Source: Eledone cirrhosa
Taxonomy: Eukaryota
Direction of reading: 5' to 3'
Length of the DNA stretch: 64,000 bases
Assembly: GCA_964016885.1 (NCBI GenBank)
Contig: OZ024740.1
Span: 152,892,001 to 152,956,000 of the forward strand
The notes under the pieces: generated by a model
What the model was told of the DNA's origin: nothing
What the model saw: only the letters and a program-made list of their open reading frames with translations
The model's database searches: none
Program-made: the position numbers and the translations under genes
Part shown: positions 13,599 to 26,379 of the stretch, one piece after another
Layout: each line of letters starts with the position of its first letter
Numbering within the stretch: position 1 is the first letter of the stretch

Positions 13599-15380
13599 AT
13601 GGCCGAAGCTTCTTCACCAAAATTCGAAGGAGGAAAGGGGAAGATGAACTTATAGCTTCCCCCTGCCACTGTCACAGTAGCAGAGGTCAAGAAGAAAGGT
13701 CAGCCAGAGGAAGAATTCTCTCCACCTGTTAACCGACAACTTGACGTTGCCATGGCAACAACCCAAAGAACCAGCAGCAACAGCAACAACAACAACAATG
13801 CGACGGACGAAAACAACACCAATAACAATAACAATAACAACAACAACAATACCAATAACGGTGACAACAACAACAATGATAACAACAACACCACCAACGA
13901 CAACAACACAAACAAACAAAATGTCGCCGAGACGACAAGGAAAACCCTCGACTATCTGCCAGTAGATATAACAAAAGCGAAGGAGCTACTGGCGGATGCG
14001 AAAAAATATATAGTGTACGGGGAAAATGGTTCATTCACAATCCATTCCCCGGAACTAAAAAGCCAGAGACTCCTAAACACGGTCATGTTTAGGACAATCT
14101 CGAACAAAAGTAAAAAACCAGCTCAACCATCACAGAGCGAGATAAAGCTGGTTTTAAAAGACGTCATGAAGGACATCACCTTCATTCAGAAGGATAGACT
14201 CTACGGGAGTCTATCCATTCTCATGAAGGACAGGGACACAGCAGTGAAACTGTCCATCAAACCAATCACATCCACCGCATACACCTTCTACCCTACGTAC
14301 ATGGGTAGAAGAACACAAAAAATAAAAATCCACACCATCCTGCCGATTATGGACATATGGTGGGTTTTGACAGGTTTTCTGGACCTGGAGGATGACAGGC
14401 TGGTGTCCATGGGAAAGGCATCGGGTGACGCGTTCAGTGGAACGAGCCTCGAACTTGTAGTTCAAATGAGGCCCGAAAGGATCGCCCAGATCCCTGAACG
14501 CGTCATACTGGATGATCTAACCTTCATCAACATTACCGTTGAGGGTAGACGGCCCTCGTGTTACCTCTGCGGAACCAGAGGTCACCTGAGGGCTGTCTGT
14601 CCCCAACTTAATAAGAAAACCCCAATCCTGCCTACACCACCAACAACTGCACAACCAACACAATCACCACAACTACCACTACAAAAACAACCACCACAGC
14701 TCAAACCAAAACAAAACAATGTCCAACCCATCACCTCCACTCAAAAAACAAAAACAATTTCCAAAACACCCGTACCGCAAACACAACCCGAAAATATACC
14801 CCTCCCCTCCAACGCGGAAGATGACCCTAGTTCGTCGTCAGACGAGGAGGAGCACTTCCACACAATCAAAAGAAAAAAAAGAAAACACACCTCAGACACA
14901 CAAATGAAAAAAACCCCTCCCCAAAACATAACACTGACACCAACACAAAAGAGCTCACAACAACAGCAAACAAAAAACACCACACAAAAACAAAAACATG
15001 CATACACATACATAAATACAAGAAACAAAAAACTGTTAAACATTGTGTACAACAACAATCTAATAAAAACACAAGGGCCTAACTTCACCCAGGTAGGGGA
15101 TTTCCCCCACCTCAAAATGATTAAGGCCCCACAGGACACCTATAAAACTTAAAAAAACAATTTTAAAGAGGACGTGGGTACCCCCTGCGTCGGGCCCATT
15201 AACCGCGTCCTCCTAAAAAACTATCCCACCCCCTCCCCAAACACCCACACAACTCCAAGCTCCCCAACCACACAACACACTGATGCCCCCACACTTCCAC
15301 AAACCACCACCCCACCCAACAACCCATCCCCCACCCTAATGGAAATTGTGCAGCCCGATACCCGGGACGCAGAGAGGTAA
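13599..15380 (+). pseudogene. Tx1 ORF1 (gag-like, zinc knuckle) interrupted by two in-frame stops
   Basis: ATG 13599 is in frame with ORFs 13752-15152 and 15174-15380; stops TAG 13653 and TAA 15150; CYLCGTRGHLRAVC knuckle; poly-Asn and Pro/Thr/Gln-rich regions. Confidence 0.75.
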
Positions 15381-15404
15381 GTGCCTTTTCTCTTCACCAC
15401 CAAC

Positions 15405-18400
15405 ATGGCTATGCTAAGAGTAGGCTGTTTAAATGCGCGTGGCCTGGGCTCAACTTGGAAGCAAGCAATGCTTCTAAATGACCTCAGGTCACAACGTATA
15501 GATGTGATGGTTATTTGCGAGGCCCGGATCAGCAACGTGCGACAGCTGGCCCCCACCTTTGATGACTTTGAGATGCACGCATCTCTCTGTCAGCCCGGAG
15601 GTGGGGGTGGAGTTGTCGTTCTGCTGCAAAAACATCTGGGTCTCGCAACACAGATGGTACATTTGGACCCGGAGGGTCGACTAGTGGTTCTGGACCTTGG
15701 CAGTGGTAAAGGCGGAGCGTTTAGGTTGGTAGCCGCCTACGGCCCTTTCGGGTCAATGCGGCCGGACTTCTTCCATCGTCTGGAGACTTTTCTGGGGACG
15801 TCCCGCTCCTTGCTATTAGTGGGGGACTGGAATGGTATCCTAGATGCACGCTGGGACTACGTAGGGGCCTGCTCCGATAGAGAGGGGTGTAATAGCCTCA
15901 AAGGGTTAATCGGTCGATTTGACCTGGCCGATAGATATCGACTAGATTTTCCGACTGCGCCAACCTGGACTTCGGCAAATCGTAGCGGATCATCTAGGTC
16001 GTACCTAGATAGGTTCTTAGTTAGAATTAAGGATAAGGACTTTTTAAGTTGTCCAAAAATGCGCATGGTTGGCTATTCAGACCACAAATTAGTGACCTGC
16101 ATGGTCAACCTTGACAGAACTCATAGACAGGGCCCCGGTTACTGGAAGCTCAACTTGTCCTTGCCTGCAAGTAGAGCCTACAGGAATCGGATTAGTACGT
16201 TAGTTAAGGAACGGTTGACTGGAGCGATCGTCAACAGCAGGTGGTGGGTATCTCTAAAGAGAGAGATTAGAGTAGTCTCGATAGAATTTAGTAAGGTTCT
16301 AGCTGCGGATAGGAATAGGAAGGAAAGGGAGCTAATAGATAGAGTAGAAGAGGCAATTAGAAGCGGCGACGTGGCCAGAGTGCTAGCGTCGAGAACGGCT
16401 TTGAGCCAGTTTTTCGACGCGAAGCACGAAGGCTGCGTTGTCCGAAGTAAAATACGTGCTCTAGGGAACGAGGGGACCAAAGCTGTTAGCTGGGTCCGCG
16501 TGACAGAGGCCAACAGTGGAACTAAATCCACCATCCGGTCTTTGCGAGACCTGGATGGACGGGCGATTCTTGAGCCTAAGCGGATGTGTGAGGCCTTTCA
16601 AAGGCACTTTGCCCGACTGTTCGGGAGGGGCGGGGAGCCGGTTGGGAACGTGGACTTCGGTCCATACCTCGACGGCCTGCCGCGCCTCTCGGACAGGGAG
16701 GCGAAGTCCTGCGAGGAGCCGATTTCGGCCGCTGAGATAGAGGACGTGCTGAGCCAATGCGGCAAACGCAAATCCCCGGGTCGCGATGGTCTTCCTTACG
16801 AATTATATCTAGCTATGCCGGACTTGTTCCCCGATCTCCTCGAGGCGGTCTACTGCAACTGGCAACAGAACGGGAGAATACCCTGTACTGTGACCAAGGG
16901 CGTAGTCACGCTAGTGAGGAAGGACGAGAACAAGGGGGACGAAATAAGTAACTTCAGGCCCATAACTCTGCTAAATACAGAGTTACAGATTTTGGCCAAG
17001 GTGCTAGCAAAGAGGTTGGCGCTTGTCGTGGGCAACCTGGTGGGAGATGCGCAGACATGCGCTATCCCGTCCAGGTCCATCCATGACAACCTCCACCTCA
17101 TGCGATACATCATAGAGAGGGTTGGGAACGAACCCGGCTTTGGTGGGGCTCTGATCAACTTGGATCAATCTAAGGCGTTCGATAGGGTCGACCATGGTTA
17201 CCTGGATGCGGTGCTAGCGGCGGCAGGCTTCGGACCCGTTTTCAGGGGCTGGATCACTGCTATGCACAGCAGCCGCATCTGCTCTAGGGTCAAGGTGAAC
17301 GGCTACCTCTCGGAGCCGTTCAAAATCGCGCGGTCCATCCGACAAGGGTGCCCTCTCTCCTCCCTTCTGTATGTGTTGACTCTCGAGCCACTACTGCGGA
17401 AGTTGGAGTTGTTGCAGGGCATCCCTTTGGAACCGGGATTGCGGAAAGCGGTGTCGGCCTACGCCGATGACGTGACAGTAATGGTGTCGACGGCCTCCGA
17501 AATCGAGGCGGTCGGCACCTTACTGGAGGAGTACGAAAAGTTCACAGGGGCTAAGCTGAACCGGGACAAGTCGATCGGTTTGCAACTCGGCACGTGGAGG
17601 GGCAGACCGATGCCCTCCGATGGCGTCGTCGGACGCTGGACGGAGGGCCCGGTGAAGTTGCTCGGGGTCTGGTTCGGACCGGACCTCCAGGTGGAGAAAA
17701 ACTGGGCGGAGGTTACGAACAGGGTGTTTGCACTGACCCAGAAGTGGGCCAGTTGCAAACTATCCCTGAAAGGTCGGGCGGAGGTGGCGAACACCTACAT
17801 AGCGTCCGTCATCTACTACCGCCTGACCGTAGTGCCCTGCCCAAGGGAAACGCTCACCAAGATGGAGCGCGCGCTCTTCCAATTCCTTTGGAAGAGGCGG
17901 GCTCCTATGGTGAGGAGATCCATCTGCTGTCAACACCCTTCGAAAGGAGGGCTGGGGATGCCGTGGCTAATGATGCGTAAACACGCATTAAGGCTACGGC
18001 ACCTCTACGTATTCCTCACCGGACAACCGGTGTGGGCCTCGTTTGTGAGACGAACCTTTCCCAGACTCGTCTCACTCACCGAGCTGCAATCCTGGGTCAA
18101 GCAAAGACCGAGAAAACTGGGCGCCTGGCACACTGAGTGTGCCCAGGCGCTCACCGCCCTCTGGCAGGCGGATCCGGTTATCAGTGGAGACTCCACCGCA
18201 ACATTCTATAGAGGGCTGGTGCGCAGCAGGTGCGACGACGCCCTCGGAGAAGCCCTAGACATGGAGGAGGACGAACTGGCCAGCCTGTTCGGTAGGACAT
18301 TCAGCCCGGGACCTATGGACAACTTCCAGAAGTCCCTGGCCTGGCAGTGCTACCGAGGGGCTTTACCCGTTCGAGAAAGGCTCTACAGACACGGGCGCCC

Positions 18401-18842
18401 GGGTAGGGACCCCGCCAAAAAGATCTGTCCCAGATGCGTGTGCGACGAGGAAACCGTTGCACACGCATTAGTACACTGCTCGGGCGTAGCCGATCTGTGG
18501 GGCTATGTCGAACAACTGCTGTCAAGGGTGGGACCGATCCGGTTGACCACCGAGTCTATTGTAATGATCAAGCCGCCTCCCCCCTTCAAAGATGAAGCAG
18601 AGGCGGTGTTTCTGTGCGTAATAGCCATGGCGAAAGAGGTTGTATGGTGGACGCGTCTGAAAGGACTGAGGTCGGGCACCTTTCTCTCTGGCCAACAACT
18701 GGTCCGTTTCTTCCGATATCATTTCGGAAGAAGGATCAGGATGGAGAGAGAGGTGCTGCACCCCAGCCGTTTCTATGAAAGATGGGTGAAAGTGGCGAGA
18801 ATGGCCCGTGTGAATGGGCCTTCACTCTACATCAGACTATAG
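15405..18842 (+). CDS. Tx1/L1 ORF2: apurinic endonuclease, reverse transcriptase, C-terminal zinc finger
   Basis: LNARGL, GDWN, SYLDRF, SDH (APE); GPGYWKLN; DQSKAFDRVDH, RQGCPLS, YADD (RT); CPRC..ETVAHALVHC. Confidence 0.95.
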   Translation: MAMLRVGCLNARGLGSTWKQAMLLNDLRSQRIDVMVICEARISNVRQLAPTFDDFEMHASLCQPGGGGGVVVLLQKHLGLATQMVHLDPEGRLVVLDLGSGKGGAFRLVAAYGPFGSMRPDFFHRLETFLGTSRSLLLVGDWNGILDARWDYVGACSDREGCNSLKGLIGRFDLADRYRLDFPTAPTWTSANRSGSSRSYLDRFLVRIKDKDFLSCPKMRMVGYSDHKLVTCMVNLDRTHRQGPGYWKLNLSLPASRAYRNRISTLVKERLTGAIVNSRWWVSLKREIRVVSIEFSKVLAADRNRKERELIDRVEEAIRSGDVARVLASRTALSQFFDAKHEGCVVRSKIRALGNEGTKAVSWVRVTEANSGTKSTIRSLRDLDGRAILEPKRMCEAFQRHFARLFGRGGEPVGNVDFGPYLDGLPRLSDREAKSCEEPISAAEIEDVLSQCGKRKSPGRDGLPYELYLAMPDLFPDLLEAVYCNWQQNGRIPCTVTKGVVTLVRKDENKGDEISNFRPITLLNTELQILAKVLAKRLALVVGNLVGDAQTCAIPSRSIHDNLHLMRYIIERVGNEPGFGGALINLDQSKAFDRVDHGYLDAVLAAAGFGPVFRGWITAMHSSRICSRVKVNGYLSEPFKIARSIRQGCPLSSLLYVLTLEPLLRKLELLQGIPLEPGLRKAVSAYADDVTVMVSTASEIEAVGTLLEEYEKFTGAKLNRDKSIGLQLGTWRGRPMPSDGVVGRWTEGPVKLLGVWFGPDLQVEKNWAEVTNRVFALTQKWASCKLSLKGRAEVANTYIASVIYYRLTVVPCPRETLTKMERALFQFLWKRRAPMVRRSICCQHPSKGGLGMPWLMMRKHALRLRHLYVFLTGQPVWASFVRRTFPRLVSLTELQSWVKQRPRKLGAWHTECAQALTALWQADPVISGDSTATFYRGLVRSRCDDALGEALDMEEDELASLFGRTFSPGPMDNFQKSLAWQCYRGALPVRERLYRHGRPGRDPAKKICPRCVCDEETVAHALVHCSGVADLWGYVEQLLSRVGPIRLTTESIVMIKPPPPFKDEAEAVFLCVIAMAKEVVWWTRLKGLRSGTFLSGQQLVRFFRYHFGRRIRMEREVLHPSRFYERWVKVARMARVNGPSLYIRL

Positions 18843-19103
18843 GTGAGGAAGATGAAAGACCAAGGGAGCACCCCTTCTCTGTGCTCCTGAGGAGAAGGGT
18901 TGCACACCTTTTTCGGGGGTGTGTGCGACCCCCCAAGGCGCCTCCTCTCTATTGAGGATTTTGTTAAAAATTTATTTTTTGTTATATCTTATTTTATTTT
19001 TATATTTTGTTATTGCCTCCTCCTTATTGAGGACGCCTTTTTGTGTAAACTCCCCCCTTTGTACTTGTCCCACTTTTGATGCCCTAGTGGCAAATAAAAG
19101 AAA

Positions 19104-19473
19104 TATATCTATCTATATATATATATATCTATCTATATATATCTATCTATATATATCTATCTATATATATCTATCTATATATATATATCTATATATATAT
19201 ATCTATCTATATATATATATCTATATATCTATCTATATATATATATCTATATATCTATCTATATATATATATCTATATATCTATCTATATATATCTATAT
19301 ATATTTATATATCTATCTATATATATATATCTATATATATATATCTATATATATATATATATCTATATATATATATCTATATATATATATATATCTATAT
19401 ATATATATATCTATATATATATATCTATATATATATATATATCTATATATATATATATCTATATATATATATA

Positions 19474-19526
<53 letters not shown>

Positions 19527-19587
19527 ATATATATATATATATCTATATATATATATCTATATATATATATATATCTATATATATATA

Positions 19588-19668
<81 letters not shown>

Positions 19669-19711
19669 ATATATATATATATATCTATATATATATATCT
19701 ATATATATATA

Positions 19712-19764
<53 letters not shown>

Positions 19765-20321
19765 ATATATATATATCTATATATATATATCTATATATAT
19801 ATATCTATATATATATATCTATATATATATATCTATATATATATATCTATATATATCTATATATATATATCTATATATATCTATATATATATATCTATAT
19901 ATATCTATCTATATATATCTATATATATATATCTATATATATATATCTATATATCTATATATATATATATATCTATATATATATATATATCTATATATAT
20001 ATATATATCTATATATATATATCTATATATATATATATCTATATATATATATATCTATATATATCTATATATCTATATATATCTATATATATATATATAT
20101 CTATATATATATATATATCTATATATATATATATATCTATATATATATATATATCTATATATCTATATATATATATCTATATATCTATATATCTATATAT
20201 CTATATATATCTATATATATCTATATATATCTATATATCTATATATCTATATATATATATATCTATATATCTATATATATATATCTATATATATCTATAT
20301 ATCTATATATATCTATATATA

Positions 20322-20354
<33 letters not shown>

Positions 20355-20413
20355 ATATATATATATATATATCTATATATATCTATATATATATATATAT
20401 ATCTATATATATC

Positions 20414-20475
<62 letters not shown>
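19104..20475. repeat. (TA)n/TATC microsatellite ending in (GA)n
   Basis: Direct reading. Confidence 0.98.
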
Positions 20476-20477
<2 letters not shown>

Positions 20478-21659
20478 ATACTCACATTTATTAGGAAAGA
20501 TTTTAAAATGGAAAATTGGCGATATTTCACCCAGAGGAAAGATAATAAAATTGAATTAGTAAATTATTTTTTTTATATATTGGCAGTCGTTATAGCAACG
20601 AATGTAATGCTTTGCTGTAGTCCTTCCGGCTCTGTGGTCTGAGTTCAAATCAAACCCAGGTCAACTTCACCTTACATCTTGTTGAGGTCGCTAATATACT
20701 AGCCCAGTAATCGATTCATGCTCTTTATATTTGAGAAGTTGGTTGAACTATATACCATTTTAGTATAGTCAGAAATGTAGAAAGATGTTCTACAAATTAA
20801 ATTCCGTATTATTGCATAACAAAAACACTATGCGCCTCACGTCTAACCTACATTCACTGACAAACACAGCACTCACGAACAGTTCCTGGCCTATTGACAC
20901 TGTATTTAGTCCCTGCTATTGCAGCAGTAGGACGAGAACGGTGGCAGAGATGACGACAGTGGCAACCCGGGTGGTGACGGCAGTGGCGATATGACGGTAG
21001 CAGCTGTAGTAGCGAAAGCAGCGACGACGACGGCAGAGGCGATTAGGGCTGCAGCGACGCCGTAGTGGCGGTGACAGCCGTGGCATAGAGCAGGCATGTT
21101 AAATTGAGGGTCCCCGAGGACATATGGGTCACATATGTGTTGTCTGAGGGTCACACATGACAACTAACTGCGCAGATTGCAACTAATGTTTTTTTTTTAT
21201 TTTATAGTACGCCCGCGCTGTAAAAATGTTTGTGTGGCATAGAGGGCGGCAAAGGCAGCAACGATGGCAGTGATAACTGACACACGCCAGAGATCGATTA
21301 AGCTTGCACCTGGGGCACTTGACTGAAAATTCCACCGGAACCCTTGCGTATTACCTATGATGGGCCGATCTAGTTAGGTCCGTTTAAATAAGTCCTCTCC
21401 CTCCCCCTTAATATGCCATTGCACATTGCAGAGTCATTAAAGTATCACAATGTTTAACGGTATTCGTTCTGGCTCTCTACGTTCTGAGTTCAAATCCTGC
21501 CTAGGTCAGTTTTACCTTTATTCTTCCGAGGTCGATAAAATAAAATGTCAATCTCTTTGTGGTTATACTGCTAATAAGAATATACTGCTATAATGTGTTT
21601 ACAAAATAATCAAGAATTTCGAGAGGTTTATTGATATAACTTACTTTAAACTTAATAAT

Positions 21660-22230
21660 TATTTCTTATTTAAGCACAAGGCCAACTATTTTGGGGGAGG
21701 GGAATCCAACTCAGTACTTGATTGATACAATATATTTTATCAACCCCTGGACGGATGAAAGGTAAAGTTGACCTCGGTGGGATTGGAACTCAGAAGAAAG
21801 AGTTGGAACAACTGCCACAAAACATTTTGTCTAATGTTCTAACGGTCCCGCCAATCCACCTTTAACTTAACAATGATTTCTAATTTAGGCACAAGGCCAG
21901 ACATTTGTGGAGAAGGGACAGAAGATTATACTGACCCACGTACTTCACTGGTACTTTATTTCATCAACCGCCTGGGATTTGAACCCAGAACGTAATTGGT
22001 TCGTAACTAAATGCTACAAAGCATTTTACCCGATTGTCTAATGATTCTGTTAATCCACCACCTTTAATAATTCTTTCTAATATTGGCACAAGGCAAGGAA
22101 TTTAGAGGAGGAGGAGTCGATTATATCGACTCACTACTTAATTGGTACCTAATTTTATTGAGCTCAGAAGGATGAGTGGCAAAACTGACCTCAGTGAGAT
22201 TTGAACTCAGAGTGCAGAACATCGTAATTA
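21660..22230 (-). mobile_element. Three tandem diverged SINE A copies
   Basis: Repeated GCACAAGGCCA...GGATTTGAACTCAG in reverse orientation. Confidence 0.7.
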
Positions 22231-22319
22231 ATAAATACCACAATCCACCGCTCTCACTTTAAAGATGGTTTGAGGTAGGTTGATATTTACAGAGGTCTGT
22301 ATCATCACAAAAAATATCG

Positions 22320-23140
22320 AGTTAAATAGCACCTTGTCGTCTGAAAATTCCAACCAACGGATTTTACACCCACCAGTCGTGATACCACTTCCAACACGGC
22401 TGCGCATGTCAATCCTGTTCATGAAAATAATGAACTGGAGAGATCACAGTACCTACCCTTGGTGGCGTCCGACTCCCACGGTGAATAGTTTCGATTTAGC
22501 ACCATTAATCCGAACACAAAAACTCGGACATTCGTATAAAGACATCAGCAAGAAGCTGACCATCGATCCCATACTCCTGCGCAACATTCCACTGCAAGTC
22601 CCTAGGAACGCGGTCAAATGCCTTTTCGAGGTCTACAAAACAAGAATATACCTCTAGGGCCTAGAGTCTAGGCAATACTCCGACTATTTCTCGAAAACCT
22701 GCTGCAGTGTGACTATTTGGTCGACTGTGCTGCCTCCGGGGTGAAAACTACACTGTTCATCGACTAGCTTGGACTCGACAAACTCCTAGCATCTCTTTGC
22801 CAGACACTTAGCATAGGCTTCACCGGGGAGGTGTGATGCCGAGTGCTGCATGAGTGCTGGCATGAAATTCAGTGCTGCGAAAACTGAGACACTTGTCCTC
22901 TCAATGAAACCTGTGCAGTGCCCTCTACATGTGAATGGAGTTCCACTGAAGTAGGTGAAAAAGTTTAAGTATCTCGCGGCCATGTTCAAACCAACCGGCA
23001 GGAGACTCAGGGTTAGACCCCAAGAAAGATGGTTGGATAACATCCATGAGCTTGGCTAATCTCACTTAGGGATCCAGCTGGATCAGTTGGAGACAGCTGC
23101 TTCAGACGGGGCCTGCTGGAAGAGAAGAAGAAAAAAGACA
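22320..23140. pseudogene. RTE LINE fragment with inverted 5' segment
   Basis: Minus strand 22830-22320 gives FVDLEKAFDRV, GVGRHQG, FSDD; plus strand 22831-23140 matches RTE at 35810 and 41500 and ends in a GAA-rich tail. Confidence 0.8.
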
Positions 23141-23435
23141 CACACATATGAACGCCCGTACAAACATACAAACATGAGTACATATATACACATAAAATAC
23201 GTACAAATATGTAAATAAATACATGGCGACACACAGACATGCATATATACAACCTTTTCACTAACCTCCTATATACCCATTACCTCCCCCTGACCTGTTA
23301 AAATTCTTCTCTCACAGAACCCTATCCCCCCTTCCTACTACAACCACCATCCTATCTTAATTACCCATTCTGGATTAAATCCCTCTTCCACCTCGAGTCT
23401 TCCTTTATTTATACTGTGTCTGATATTGAAACGTT

Positions 23436-23490
23436 AGTTCTTCTCTGATGACTCGGTGATAAACAGGCGAAACTCCTAAGTAACAAGACT
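23436..23490 (+). ncRNA. Degenerate hammerhead ribozyme in a Penelope-like terminus (about 23250-23575)
   Basis: CTGATGA..CGAAACTcctaAGTA; stems I and II imperfect; tail runs into (TA)n. Confidence 0.5.
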
Positions 23491-23571
23491 CACTATTTAG
23501 CCTTAATAAAATTATTAAAACTCTACTCTGATATTGAGCACTCTTTTCTCTCAGCCATCAAATACATGCGG

Positions 23572-23627
<56 letters not shown>

Positions 23628-23755
23628 TACTAGGGAGAGGATCAGGGGTGTATAACACTCCACTTATCCAGCAGGCAGTATAAGGTTAGCTCAATGTCTG
23701 AGGACAGAGCCGTGATATAATAAATAACAAAGAACGCCTATAGCATATGCATATC

Positions 23756-23811
23756 TTTACTTGCTAACATTGTTTCATCCGCACTATAAGTGGGACTCAT
23801 CAGAGCATAAA
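23756..23811 (-). ncRNA. Hammerhead ribozyme (inverted partner of 26291-26346)
   Basis: Exact reverse complement of the plus-strand copy. Confidence 0.85.
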
Positions 23812-24408
23812 GGTTAATTACATACCATACAAGCAATAACAAATCCAAGACATTGAAGAATGAAAAATAATAATAGACGATAAAGGATATTAAGGAAGTA
23901 AAAGTAAAAATAAAGATAAGAATAAAAATAAAAATAAAAATAAAAATAAAAATAAAAATAAGATAATAAAATAAACAATGAAAAATAAGCAATGAAAAAT
24001 AAGGGGTGCTATCAGTCACAGTTGGGCGGGGTGCTGTCAACATATAGTTACATACAAGCATACACATGGATAAGAGAACAGACAAGAGTAGATAAGATAG
24101 ATGGGATTAGGTAAGAGTGGGTAAAAAATGGGTGAAAAACAGACTTATAATATATATAAGAAAATATAAAGAAATACATAACAAACTTACATATAAAATA
24201 TAAAATATACAGATAATAGTGATACAGGGTAAGGAATGAGATAAAATAATATAAAATTAAAATTAAAATTATATAAAATAGAACATAATATAATATAATC
24301 ATAAAATAAGATAAAATAAGGTAAACTAAAATCAAATAACATAGACTAAATTAAAATAATATAATATAAGATATAATTAAATGTATAATTAAATGTAATT
24401 AAATGTAA

Positions 24409-24440
<32 letters not shown>

Positions 24441-25156
24441 AAATTAAATAAATAAATAAAATTAAAATTTTAAATTTAAATGAATAAATAAATAAGTAAA
24501 TAAATAAATAAATAAATGGAGTTAAATAAGTAAATAAATAAAATTAGATAACATGAAATGAAATAAAATAAAATAAAATGAAATAAAGTAAATTGAGATA
24601 AGATATATATTTTTTTAGAATATATCTCTTGAATATATCAGGGGCCCACGAAGGCACTAAGTGTCACAGTTATGTGTATCACTTGACCATTTTTTAAAAA
24701 TATATTTCTTGAAAACATCAGGGGCCCACGAAGGCACTAAGTGTCACAGTCACCAGTATCACTTGACCATTGCAAGGCAATGGAGGCGTCCCAGGTTGGG
24801 CAGTCTCAAAAGTTCACTCGAAAGTCGCGGGTGTGCATTCACACAGTTGAGCGGTGGGGTAATCACAAACCGGTTCACACCCGGGCAGGAGTCCAATGGT
24901 CAGAGAGAGGTGCATCGAAGGAAGGTAGAAGAATTCACGTGCATTAGCAAGCGAGGTGCAGGCGGGTTAGCCAAAGCAAGCAGACACAGTTGTAGCGCAT
25001 ACAAAAGATATATAAAAAGACAGAAGATATATAAAAAATAGCTTCAAGAGCCATTAAGTCACCGCATTGGGACATCACAAGATTGTACACATCAATATGT
25101 TCAGCACGTATATGCACATATACACACCACATGCATATGCAGAGACGGTATACATA

Positions 25157-25188
<32 letters not shown>

Positions 25189-26029
25189 ATATACAGACAC
25201 ATACAACCACCTACACCCATACACATATAAATGTATACACGGACACACACGCACACACACACAGCGTAGGACACCCGGGTCAAAGCTGATATTAAACACC
25301 GAAATACCACATTAGACCAGACCCACCACCACAGGTAATACATTCAAAATAAATACATACGATGAGATGTAGTAAAATAAAGTTGAAATCCTACGGAGAT
25401 ATTCATGTCCGCACGTGCCATTGCCCGATTCAAGTGTACACAGACCGTTAGTAACTACGGAGGGCTATCGGGGCCAAAACGTTACTTTCGGGATCATAAC
25501 AACGACCGTCAATATATGGAAGGCCGATCGTGCTAGAAAGACTACAACCCCGGGCAAGAGCTCCCAGAGGTCAGCCTGTAGATCTTAAACCACAGAATAT
25601 GAGGGCAACACGTACATGCGCCACGTATCCACTGCTTACGGCGGGATGGCACAGGTCCGCCCACAGTTACAGGCTAAATTTCTATTAGTGCAGCCTAAAT
25701 CGCAGTACACGCTTTACATAAATACATTACATCACAACTCATGCGCATACAGAGGTACAGATCAACAAGATATACGTCAGGGTAGACCCACCAATGCACC
25801 AATGGTGGGTAGGCGAGCGTGGATGGGTTACATCCACTGTGCCAAACAGGGGTGCTTATTAACATACACACCCACTCACCTGCACACCCCAATATCCAGA
25901 TCAATATCCTCCCACAGGCATACGTATACATTCACCGACTCGTATACATAGACGACCAACAATAGGAGACAGTTACACACAGTCAGAGACAGTTACACAA
26001 GACAGCCCAACTGGAGGAATAAGGAAGTG

Positions 26030-26248
26030 CTAGCTAACAGGTTTAAAGTAGAAGAAAGAGCTTAATATTCGGTGGGGGCAAGAGGAAAATATTTCAGACT
26101 TTCTATTTAGTAGAGGGCATTTAGCAAATATAATAGAGTGGGATTCGGCAAGGCATAGGTTACATACTCTATTATGAGGAGTATATGGATGGGATTTAGC
26201 AACCTGCCGCCAAGTAAGTGTGTAATGTGTGTAATGTGTAATGTGTTC
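26030..26248 (-). pseudogene. C-terminus of a Penelope-like GIY-YIG endonuclease
   Basis: Manual translation: EHITHYTHYTLTWRQVAKSHPYTPHNRVCNLCLAESHSIIFAKCPLLNRKSEIFSSCPHRILSSFFYFKPVS*; fits W..PY..CNLCL.E..LLN..SE..C.H pattern. Confidence 0.8.
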
Positions 26249-26290
26249 GTGTCTTGGATTTGTTATTGCTTGTATGGTATGTAATTAACC

Positions 26291-26346
26291 TTTATGCTCT
26301 GATGAGTCCCACTTATAGTGCGGATGAAACAATGTTAGCAAGTAAA
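26291..26346 (+). ncRNA. Hammerhead ribozyme, type I
   Basis: TGCT-CTGATGA-GTCCCACTtatAGTGcGGAT-GAAAC-aat-GTT^-AGCA. Confidence 0.85.
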
Positions 26347-26379
26347 GATATGCATATGCTATAGGCGTTCTTTGTTATT

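Larger units (their letters stand above)
13383..19103 (+). mobile_element. Tx1/L1-clade non-LTR retrotransposon, near full length
   Basis: ORF1 with CCHC knuckle; ORF2 APE-RT-CCHC; T-rich 3'UTR; AATAAA at 19093; TATC/TA repeats on both flanks. Confidence 0.92.

Noticed and set aside
13650-14034. Val-, Leu- and Cys-rich minus-strand ORFs
   Set aside because: Antisense readings of the (AAC)n tract in Tx1 ORF1.
20920-21090. GC-rich island
   Set aside because: Low-complexity GCA/GAC/GGT triplet repeats with no supported exon.
24612-25041. 80-bp tandem duplication and 126-aa ORF
   Set aside because: Inside the Penelope-like 3' region, antisense to the element, with no motifs.
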